A DNA stretch of 64,000 nucleotides, taken from positions 23,991 through 87,990 of the forward strand of contig MCFE01000355.1 in the NCBI GenBank assembly GCA_002104905.1, given 5' to 3'. Position numbers and translations under genes: made by a program. Origin of the DNA: Basidiobolus meristosporus CBS 931.73 (Eukaryota > Fungi > Basidiobolomycota). Below are positions 51,525 to 62,100 of this stretch, piece by piece. Each line of letters begins with the position of its first letter. Position 1 is the first letter of the stretch. The notes beneath the pieces were generated by a model that saw only the letters and a program-made list of their open reading frames with translations, was not told the origin of the DNA and did no database searches.

Positions 51525-51592
51525 ACAAACCCACAGTCTAGTGTAGTGTATTCCAGTATCCCTTGCAAGTTCATCTGCCTTCCTCTCCTACC

Positions 51593-52525
51593 ATGTCCAA
51601 CCTAGAGCTGAACTTTGCCCAGCTCATGGCTGCCTTTACCCAACTGCAGCAAGACCATGCAGACCTCAGAAGCACTCTTGCTCAGTTCCTGAACCAAAGT
51701 GTCCAGCAAACTAGCCATGTCCCAGTCTACCAAGAACCCAAGTATACTCCTGCTACCAAGTTCAATGGCTCTCAGAATGAATTCCATGGCTTCATCAACA
51801 TGGTGAAGAACAATCTTGCACTCCAGCCCAACCGGTACCTCACTGACCAGGCCAAAGTTGGTTTCATCTCCAACCTGCTTACTGGTACAGCTCTGAAGTG
51901 GTTCTCCCCATTAGTAGAGACCAACTCTCCCCTCCTCAGAGACTACCAAGCTTTTCTCACTGAAATGGAGCTAACATTTGGTAACCTTGACCAAGCCAGA
52001 ACTGCTGCCAACAAGATCAAGACCCTCAAACAAGGGAACAAACCAGCATCTGTCTATGCCTCAGAATTCCAACAACTCTCCAGTGACCTCAGCTCCTGGG
52101 GTCAAGCAGCCTTGATAAACCAATTCCAAGATGGCCTCAATGTTGAAGTTTGTGATCTGCTACTCACACTCCCAGATCCAGATACATTGGTTGAAGCTAT
52201 GCACCAAGCAATCCAGTGTGATAACAGACTATTCCAGAAGAAGCAAAAGAACTGTCAAAGACACATTCCTGTTGCAGTCCCAGCTCCTCCTGCTCCCCAA
52301 GTCACTCCAGAAGATCCTATGTGGATTGATAGTGCCAAATACAAGAAACTATCAAAGAGTGTAAAGTCCAGATGTCAACAAGCCAACCTCTGTCTATACT
52401 GTGGCCAACCAGGTCACTTTGCCAAGTCCTGCCCCAACAAGAAGTTCAGCTTCAAGCTGATGCAGTCCTCCAGTAACCAACCTGATTCAGATCTGTTGGG
52501 AAACTCCAATGTCCAGTTGCACTGA
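51593..52525 (+). CDS. gag: Retrotransposon Gag (sushi/PEG10-like, CCHC knuckle), intact, 310 aa
   Basis: KFNGS..., KVGFISNLLTGTALKWF and CLYCGQPGHFAKSCP. Confidence 0.9.
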   Translation: MSNLELNFAQLMAAFTQLQQDHADLRSTLAQFLNQSVQQTSHVPVYQEPKYTPATKFNGSQNEFHGFINMVKNNLALQPNRYLTDQAKVGFISNLLTGTALKWFSPLVETNSPLLRDYQAFLTEMELTFGNLDQARTAANKIKTLKQGNKPASVYASEFQQLSSDLSSWGQAALINQFQDGLNVEVCDLLLTLPDPDTLVEAMHQAIQCDNRLFQKKQKNCQRHIPVAVPAPPAPQVTPEDPMWIDSAKYKKLSKSVKSRCQQANLCLYCGQPGHFAKSCPNKKFSFKLMQSSSNQPDSDLLGNSNVQLH

Positions 52526-52542
52526 CAGGCTTGCAACTGGAC
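52498..52542 (+). promoter_or_regulatory. -1 programmed ribosomal frameshift signal
   Basis: Slippery G GGA AAC in the gag frame, 6-nt spacer, perfect 11-bp stem GTCCAGTTGCA/TGCAACTGGAC. The pol frame is -1 relative to gag. Confidence 0.88.
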
Positions 52543-55500
52543 CCATCTATGAAAATCCAGCATATCCAAGAATCTTCCTTTGCCTCAAAATCTATCCAGT
52601 CCTTGAGAATGCCTGTCAAAATCCAGATCCCTGACTCCAATCCTGTCTCAGTCCTAGCCCTGGTTGATTCTGGTGCTTCATTCTGTTTTATTGACCAAGC
52701 CTTTGTCCAGAAGCACTCTATTACTGTTACCTTGAAATCCTGTCCAGTCCAAGTAGAAGTTACTGATGGAAGATCACTCTGCTCTGGTGCCATTACCCAT
52801 GAAACATGCGTACTCCAGCTGTCCAGTACTGCACACCAAGAAAGAATTGCCTTCAACATCATCAACTCACCACACTATCCTATTGTGCTTGGAAGCTCAT
52901 GTCTGAGCTAGCACAATCCAAGTATTGATTGGAAATCCAAGATCCTGTCATTCACCAGATCCCACCAAGTCAACTCCATGCAATCTCCAGACCCTGATAA
53001 CTGTGAAAAGACTGTTTCCAACAGTTCAACAGCCCAAGATACCTTGCCAGCTGAAGGAGCCCCCTCAGCAACTATACCAGCCAAGTACCAAGAGTTTGCC
53101 CATGTCTTTGACAAGAAGAAAGCAGAACTCCTCCCTGACCATTGGCCTTATGACTGCCTTATTGACCTTGAAGATGAAAAAGTCCCTCCATTTTGCCCAA
53201 TATAAAACCTCTCCCAGCTGGAGTTGAAAGAACTCCATGGTTATAATCAAGAAAACCTCCAGAAGGGTTTTATTCAGCACTCCAAATCACCTGTTGGAGC
53301 CCCAATCCTCTTTGTCAAGAAGAAGGATGGCACTCTCAGAATGTGTGTGGACTACCATGCGCTGAATAAGATCACAGTCAAGAACCACTACCCCCTGCCC
53401 CTTCTCAACACACTGTTGGATCAGCTATCTGCTGCTCAAGTCTTCACCAGGATAGACTTGAGAGGAGCTTACAATCTTGTCAGAATCAAGCCTGGTGATG
53501 AATAGAAAACTGCCTTTTGCACAAGATATGGTCACTTTGAGTACAAAGTAGTGCCATTTGGCCTCACCAATGCCCCTGCTGTATTTCAACACCTCATGAA
53601 TGACATATTCTGTGAATACCTTGACCAGTTTGTGGTAATCTACCTTGAAGATATTCTCATATACTACAAGAGCCAAGATGAACATGATGAACATGTCAAG
53701 AAAGTATTGAGAAAACTAGACTCTGCTGGTCTCTATGCCAAGCTAGAAAAGTGTGAATTTGCCCAGAGAGAAGTGGAATTTTTTGGTTACCTCATCAGCC
53801 CTGAGGGAACAAGAATGGACCCAAAGAAAGTTGACTCAGTCCAATCCTGGAAAACTCCAAGCTCAGTCAAGGAAGTACAATCCTTCCTGGGATTTGCCAA
53901 CTTCTATTGCAGGTTCATTGCCAACTACTCCAAGATAGTCACCCCTCTGACAAAGCTTACCCAGAAGAACATACCTTTTGCCTGTAATGAGGAGCAATCC
54001 ACCTCATTCAACCAACTCAAGAAATCTTTACTGAAGGCCCCCCTGCTTGCCCACCTGACCTTGAGAAGCAATTCATAGTGGAGACTGATGCTTCTGATTT
54101 TGCCCTTGGTGCTATACTCTCCCAGTATGATGAAGACAATGTGTTGCACCCCATTGCATTCTACTCTCAGAAGTTTTCCCCTGCAGAGATCAACTATGAT
54201 ATCTATGATAAGGAGTTGCTTGCCATCATTGTAGCCTTTGAGCAATGGAGACACTACCTGGATGGTGCAAAACACCAAATCAAAGTCTTCTATGACCATA
54301 AGAACCCTGAGTACTTTGCAACTTCCAAAGTATTAAGCCAGAGACAAGCCAGATGGTCACTCTTCCTGTCCAGCTTTGACTTTACTATCACCTATAGACC
54401 TGGTGCAAAGCAAGGAAAGCCTGATGCCCTGTCCAGAAAAAAGGAATATGCCCTAGAAGAGGGAGATGATGCCTGTTGGCAAATGGGACACCCATTGCTG
54501 AGGAAGAAGCATTTTGAGATTCTTGCCACCCAGTCCTCAAGTCTTGTCATCCCTTCATTCCTAGTAAGGATATCAGAATCCCAAGCCTCTGATATGACTT
54601 CCAGCACCGTCAAGAAATATCTGGAATCCCCAGTTGGGCCCCCTCCCAGGTTCCCAAACATCCATAACCTGCATTTGGTAAACAACCTCATCTACCACAA
54701 GCAGCAGCTTTATGTCCCAGACCCTGCCACCCAGCTAGACATCATTAAGTCTTGGCATGATTCAATGGCTGCAGGCCACTTTAGTACTGCCAAAACCTTG
54801 AATACTATCAAAAGAGATTTCTGGTGGCCTAGAATGATAACTCTTATCAAAGAGTACACTCTGACTTGTGATATTTGCAACCGTGCAAAACCAGCCAGAC
54901 ACCAGCCCTATGGACTTCTTCAGCCCTTGCCTATCCCAGAACACCAATGGAGATCTATATCTGTGGACTTCATTACTGACCTCCCTGAGTCCTGTGGCTT
55001 CAATGCTATACTTGTAGTGGCTGACTGGCTGACCAAGATGGCTCACTTTATCCCTTGCTGTAAGAACACTGATGCAAAAGAAACCGCTGCATTAGTCCTC
55101 AAAAATATTTTCCACCTTCATGGTATCCCCAGTGATAATGTGTCAGATAGTGGCCCACAGTTTGTGTCCAAGTTTTGGAAACACTTCATGCAATACCTTG
55201 GTGTTCAAGTCAATCACTCCACTGCCTACCATCCTCAATCTGATGGCCAGACTGAATGAATCAACCAAATACTGGAGCAATACCTCCAGTGCTATATCAA
55301 TTACCAGCAAGACAATTGGGTAGATCTACTCCCTGTTGCTGAGTTTGCCTACAACAACTCAAGCCATAGTGTAACTGGTTTTACACCATTCTATGCAAAC
55401 TATGGATTCCACCCTCAGTTTGATATCCAGATTCCAACAAACCCAATGAGCCCACATGCGGCTGAACATGCCAAAGCAATCCAGGACATCCAGAATACCC

Positions 55501-56045
55501 TCAAGGAAGAGCTATCCTTAGCTCAGGAAAGCTACAAGAAATTTGCCAATCTAAAGCAGCATCCCACCCCTGATCTTAATGAAGGAAATTCTGTATGGTT
55601 GCTCAGAAGAATTATCAGCACCAACCGCCCTTGTGACAAATTGGATTTCAAGAAACTTGGTCCCTTCAGGATCAAGCAGAAGCTTAGCCCTATAGTATAT
55701 CAGCTACAGTTACCAGCAAGTATGAAAATCCATGATACTTTTCATGTGTCCCTCCTGGAGCCGTATTGCAGGAACACCTTGCCAAACCGGCAAGAAGCAA
55801 AGCCCCAAGCCATCCAGGTTGACCAACATCAAGAATTTGAAGTTAAACAGATTCTAGACTCCAAGTATATCCGGTCAAAGCTGTACTACTTAGTAGACTG
55901 GATTGGTTATGGTCCAAGTGACCAAACATGGGAACCAGCTACCCATCTCACTAATTGTCAAGAACTAGTTACCCATTTCCACCAGCAATATCCTGCAAAA
56001 CCTGCCCCAAAGGGAAACAGAGCTTTGCCTGAAAGAGGAGAATAG
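52498..56045 (+). pseudogene. pol: Gypsy pol (PR LVDSGA, RT YLED, RNase H, integrase HHCC/DDE, chromodomain) with 4 stops and 1 frameshift
   Basis: Stops at 52909, 53203, 53503 and 55257, and a frameshift near 54055. Chromodomain EFEVKQILDSK...YYLVDWIGYGPSDQTWEP. Confidence 0.92.
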
Positions 56046-56553
56046 TGTCATGATCACATGACAACCATGAGCACCCATGCCAAGTTTCAGCTTCCTAGCT
56101 CAATTTCTAAGAGATTCCTTCTAGAACCTTCTACCACCTTCCGGAAAGTTCCTGACCATTCCAAACCATTGTTAAGCAATGGAACATTCCATGGAAGCTT
56201 CCCATCATATTTTTCATAGTCCAGTACTATAAATGGAAATACCAGGTCACATGATCAGGTGACCCAATCCATTTCCCCATCCTGTCTCAGTGCTGTGCCA
56301 TCTATGTCATTATCCCCAGCACCATTGCTGTGCCTCACCCCACAACCCCATTAGTTTTAGCCAAAATCTCTTGGCATCAGTATAGCCAAAAATTACATAT
56401 AGTCCTATCCCCCCTTAAGTATTCCTCAGTCTGATAAACACAGGGTTTGAATAAACAGCCTTGCCTTGAATCCTGCCTTGCCTTGATGGTCCACACCTAA
56501 GTCCTTTCCTGCTGTGCCTAGCTTTTCCTCCTGCCTTATGTCTATTCATAACA
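56046..56553 (+). repeat. 3' LTR of the chromovirus (508 bp)
   Basis: Follows the PPT; TG...CA termini with short inverted ends; AATAAA inside; abuts a MITE half. Confidence 0.75.
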
Positions 56554-56728
56554 ATAAAATGGATTTTCTCCAGCACAATGGGTGAAACACAGGGGCTGCT
56601 TTGCATGAAGATGCAGAGCTATGTTTCACACTCTGTGGCCAAGTATAGGTTCACTTGGCCTCCCTGGTGCACTATGGCATCATTTGGCACTCATGGCTCC
56701 ATGTGGCACTATCCAATGGAACAAGTCT
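56554..56728. mobile_element. Right-hand fragment of a foldback MITE
   Basis: Matches 44075-44242; ends ATGGAACAAGTCT followed by AAT. Confidence 0.8.
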
Positions 56729-56729
56729 A

Positions 56730-56860
56730 ATATTCTAAGGCCATTTTTTGTAGCTGCATCTTCATCTGCACCTTCCACACTTGGTAGGTAGATCCATCCA
56801 GCTTTTCAGCAGAGGGAAAAATTCCAGTAATAGCAGCAGTTGACATTGCAGAAAGTGACA
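56730..56860 (-). pseudogene. Copia gag N-terminal remnant
   Basis: Minus-strand translation MSTAAITGIFPSAEKLDGSTYQVWKVQMKMQLQKM resembles a Copia gag start. Confidence 0.5.
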
Positions 56861-57229
56861 GCTTGGGGTTCCTAACCTGTTACAAGAGTGTTGGAGATAT
56901 TGGAAGTGATTGGGAGAATAAGTAGATTATGTGGCTCTCACTCAATGATTTATTGAATGTAAAAGTGGTATTTACACTTTTACATGGTCTTGACATAACA
57001 AACATGTAGAATAGGCTTAGAAAGATCCCAAGAACATGTGTGCAAAGTTTGTAGCAGCTTGGATAGCTTTGAGAGTACACATGATGTGGGTACCAGATGT
57101 ATTGGTGAAATTACACCAATTAAATCCCAACAAGGGATTTGGTCAGTATTCTCTAAGATTTGTAGATAATTATCTAAGTCACTAAGTCCGGTGAATATTT
57201 AGGTGGAATTACAAATTTTGCAACAGCAA

Positions 57230-58100
57230 GTACTACCATATATCAATCTCATCAAGAACATTACCTTCAAGGCCATCATGGCTAAGATGAGCTGACACAT
57301 GGAGGACAGCCAATCCAAGTTAGAAATACTGAGGACAGATGTACACATGGAGACACTTATGCCATTGGCATTACAAAGCTAAGCTGCCCCAGTGCATGGG
57401 TTATCAGCTAAGTAATACAAGGTTGGGTTGGACACAACAAGCAACTAATTCTGATTACAACAACTTTATGAAAGTATGCCAGGTTTCTCCTGGTAACAAG
57501 CCATTTTCTACACCATATGATACATTGGAGAAGTACCAAAAAGTTCTCTGAAAATATTCAGTTGGAATTTGTAGTAAAAGTGGCAACAACAACCATATAT
57601 TTGCAAGATGCATTTGTTACCAGCAATACAAGGTATAATGCAGCTTTGCAAGTATCACACTGAAAAGCCACTAAGGCAAGGTGCAAGAAGTGTATTGATT
57701 GCAGCAGGTATGTGTGAACATAGAGGTTAGTAAGTAGAAGGCCATAATTCTTTCTATTTAAGCTACCTGAGGAGTAACCATGGTAATGGTGGGTAAGCAA
57801 ATACAGAGGGGTGATTCCACAGTGGAATATATGATGGTTTACAGGGAGTTAGAAAAAGGAAATACCATTTGTTAAATTGGAACAGTAGTGTTTTACAGAA
57901 AAAGCTGTAGGCTGCTGTACTGCCATCATACTGCTAACAGAGGGCCCTAAGGAGGCACTCAAAACACTGTTTAGTTTTTTTGCCATACAAGACAATTGAA
58001 AGTATTGGCCAGTTAGGTCTGCTCAGATAAATGCAGACTGCAATAAGACCATCAAAGTGCCATGCAATTCCACCAAAAGACCATTTAAATACCATCATGT
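57230..58100 (+). pseudogene. Tnp2/CACTA-like C-terminal remnant
   Basis: Collinear with 9900-11600 minus the MITE. Confidence 0.5.
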
Positions 58101-58664
58101 TCTTAACTTTGTTTGGCAGTAAAATCAGCAAAGTGTGTTCACAATCCTTTCATAAGATCATGCAGAGGGTCAATAATTCCAAGTTGCTGGCATTGTGATG
58201 GCCTCACTGCAGGATCCTGATGGCTGATCTGGATTGGATCCACCTGCAGGACCAAATCACTTGTTTCCATATGTCCTGGTCTTCAGCTGGCACTACAAGG
58301 TCTAGCACTTCATCTGCTAGTCCTTTCAATAAATGTGTGCAATACTATAGTGGGTTTTCCTGAGCACTGCTCTTGAAGCAGTGCTGCAGCATCTTGGTGT
58401 TCATAAAACTGTTCCAAAATTCCACCATAGGTATTGTGATGGTCCTCTGATTTCTGATGTTGTTGCTTTGCCTGACAGTGGAATCTCCACTCTGTCTACA
58501 ATGGAGGATATAGAAGCTATAGTAGACAAATTGCCTATCTCTGCAAACTCATCATCACATGTAAGAAAAAAGTAAAGCTTTTACCACCAACCAGCTGTGG
58601 TGAGAATATAGAGTAATCCACCAGCTCTCTTAGTCACATTCCTGATATTCAAAACTGTCACCAC

Positions 58665-58870
58665 AGCCACTGGTTTGTCATGGGAGAGTCACTGAGCCAC
58701 AATCCCTAGCTTGATGGGCATCTTAATGGAAGTGTATGCATGATTATTACAATTTGGGAATCCCATGTGCTAGGACCTTGAAAGTCAGAATAGATATGAA
58801 CCACCAGCTGGTTCTCAATGAGAGTGCAGCTTGCTTCAATTTTGGCAAAGACAAAGAGGCATCTCCTGTC
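58665..58870 (-). ncRNA. Highly diverged fifth copy of the structured RNA module
   Basis: Minus strand reads ...AGCTGCACTCTC...CCAGCTGGTGG...TTAAGATGCC...GGGATTGTGGCTCAG...GACAAACCAGTGGCT. Confidence 0.45.
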
Positions 58871-59163
58871 TGCACTGCAAGTGATACAGCAAAAGAAATC
58901 CATCCCCTAAGTAAAATGATTCCAGATGGTGGTAGATTTTGCGTTTACGCCTACAAATTCACATTTACTTGGTGTGTGAGCTTTGCTGTATCTTGCCCAT
59001 GCTCTTGTTTAGGGGGACCAATATTTTGGTGAAAATATTTCGAGTAAATCCCACTCATGAGCACGCTCAATGCTGGTATTAGTATTTATTGACAATGGGT
59101 TCAAAATTGAAGTGGGGGAGGGGTGATTGAAGTGTACAGTGTGGGCGGGATTGTGCATAAGGT

Positions 59164-62100
59164 CTATAGATGCTCTGGTTCCATCTCCGCCTCCTCTTCC
59201 GAGTCCTCGGTGCTACTCGCATCTGTATTTTCTTGCAAGATATCTGTTGTTGGTCAGTAAAGTATCCTCAGAAAGTCGACCCGGAAAACCACCACTTTAC
59301 CATGCCATTGATTCTCCCTGAAGGCACATAAGTACCCATCTGCTTGGGTCTTGTCCAGGTGGTTCAAACTGGAGATGCTGTCATCGTCACTTTCATCACT
59401 ATACCCACTAGAGAAGCATACAGTTACCAGGGCGAACAGTCAACCGGTGATACGAAACCACTTACGGGTATGGTGAATAAGACGGCGACCGGTCATTGTT
59501 ACTGGCCGACATCATCCCGGGACTAGAAGTATAGTTCGACCGCATCTCTGTGGCCAAGAGCTCTTCCTCATCGATCACAATCTCTGGGCCGGTGATGATG
59601 GATACTTCTAAAAGGAAAGATTCGGTTTAGCTCAGGGAAAGGTACCAAGAGAGTACTGGGTTTGGTTACTGGATGTCTCATAAGAGGCAAAGCCCATGTT
59701 GTTGCGACGTGCATCTCTTAATCGCTTTTTTTGGACGGCGATCCGTAGAAAGCCTTTGAGTGTGTCCAGGCGAACTTTATCAACAATCTGATCCACTCGC
59801 TCCTTACGCTTGATATAGTCGGTGGGTCTACATTGAGGCAAGGGTTGGTACAAAAGCGACAGGGTCTCAGCATGACTACCAACAACACCTACAGGAAACT
59901 CTTCACGGGGTCTGTCAACTTGTAGATGGACAAAAGCAGGAGCATCTTTGTGAAACTAATCTTCCGACCGTTCACGCCAAGATCCATGGCCTCCTAGCAG
60001 GATATAGAGCTTGTAAGTAATCAGGGCAGCACACATCATATCCACGAGCCAACCTGATAAACCAAGTTATAGATCTGTTTCCTTTGACGAATCTCGGCGG
60101 GATTCAGATTCGTCAACCGGATATTCAACGCAGTCAAGTCAGGAAGCCTCGTCTCCGGACGCCGATCAATCAACTCGATCACGTTTTTGCTAGAGCTGTT
60201 TCGTAGCACTTGCTGGTGCAGTAAGTCAGGCTTCTGCTGAATACAGCAATCGCGTAGCAGTGCCGTCACAGAGTACTCATCGGGGTATATCTTGACGTCG
60301 AATGGGGTGGACAATTTCTGACAGATACAAACTGTTAATAAACCTACACTGGGCAGGAAGCAACCCGGTCTTACCGAAAGAAGCTTCACGATGTCCTTCT
60401 GATATATGTATCCATTCCCGTGAATATCGACCTCGCTCCAAGCTTTCTTGAAGGTAATCAATTGTCAAGGACAGTACAATGGGAGATCGTGGTACTCATC
60501 GAACCGGTAACTGAAAAAGGATATTTTCTGATGTCATCTCTCTTCATTAACGAGTACGACGAGGCGATTTGGTAGCAATAGGAGAATCCGTCCATCACCA
60601 CCACTACGAAGAGGTTGGCGAAGATGTACATGGAGATGACGTTGAAAGAAATGAATAGGAAATATGCCCAGACAGGACTGCCACAGTCAGTCTCGAGGTA
60701 GAATCGAGCGGAGCCAACACACTCGGGTGTTTGGACGACGAAGTCATGCATGAAGCTGTTCCACCCTTCACCAGTGGACATCCCGGCCAGATTTAAGATG
60801 GAATTGGCAAAAGTCCGGAAATTGGCATGGGCACCTCCGTTCTCACCCATCTTGGTCAAGCTGAAGATTTCCATGAACGCTATGGCGTAGATCACGAACA
60901 GCAGGAACCAAACAGCCAAGAGGTTGACAATGGTCCTCAGACTAACACTAGAAGTTTGACAACACGATTCAGCAGGAATGCCAGACGATGTGACGAATAT
61001 GTCATGAGGACTTACAACATGCTGCGCAGAAGTTGGTGCAAGCTGTCCACTTTTTGAACCACCTTGAACAACACAAGGGTGACAAATATCCTTAACGCAA
61101 GGCGAGAGCCATTCGGCGTGTTGAAGATGAACTTCTCAAACAGTTGGGAAACGGTGGAGATTGCCAGGCCGAAAGTGATCACAATATCAAACACATTCCA
61201 GGGATTCATGAGTACCTGGGTAACCGATGCTCAGACAGTATACAGCCACAAAATCAGCGAAAAGGCCTACCAATTTGACGCCCAGGCCTAGACACTTCAC
61301 TCCAATCTCAAATATGTATCCTAGAAAAACCAAACCAAAGAGGATATCTACCCCATGTTAGGTAACGTCGGCTTATACGGGCCGAACTGTCAAAGTACCT
61401 TTTGCCGTGTTCACTGCCTCAGGTTGTCCGTGATACTGGGTCACCAAAAGTAGTGCATCGAATATGGTGACGCCAACCACAAAGCGGAATAGGAACCCGT
61501 TTTTCTCGATGGCCTTCTTGTAGCACCATTGACGTATGGTGTCCCGTGGAGGGTACAGAGGGCGAATCGATGGCTTGATCTGTTTCAACTGATTCTTCAT
61601 GTCAATCCATCTCCGTTGCTCAGCGGTGAGAAACGCAGTTCCATTACGGGTGTTGAAATTCTCGATGATTACCGCAACGAACAGGGTTAGCACAAACACA
61701 GCGCCTACGATGTTGTAAAGCATGAAAAATATGGCATTGTACCACGAATACCGATCCTCAGGCTGTATGTTGTATCCCTTGACTTTCATGGTGGTCAGCA
61801 TGACATCCACCCAGCCTTCGTTGGAGACGATTTCAAACAGCACCAACAACGAGGATCGGAAGCTGTCGAAATTGAAGCCGTCGGGATTGGACCAAACACG
61901 CGGCTTCCACATTTTGATGGTGGCATCGAAGTACAGCCCTTTGCAGTCTCCACGAGTTAGGATATTTGGCGCAGTATCATTACAGCTGTACATAAGGCCA
62001 GCAAAGAGATTCAGGCCGTAGATAGAGAAAGGCAGGATGAAACAAAGGGAAAGCAGGACAGCGTCGATAATACGTGGAAGTCCTGAGTACAACGTGCCAT

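Larger units (their letters stand above)
51270..56553 (+). mobile_element. Ty3/Gypsy chromovirus (sushi/Tf1-like); 5' LTR lost
   Basis: Order gag, PR, RT, RNase H, integrase, chromodomain; purine tract AGAGGAGAATAG, then a 3' LTR TGTCATG...CATAACA. Confidence 0.93.

Noticed and set aside
52900-55260. Classical Neurospora-type RIP
   Set aside because: A few TGG>TAG changes exist, but CA/TG dinucleotides remain abundant and gag is intact; CpG loss is the dominant pattern.
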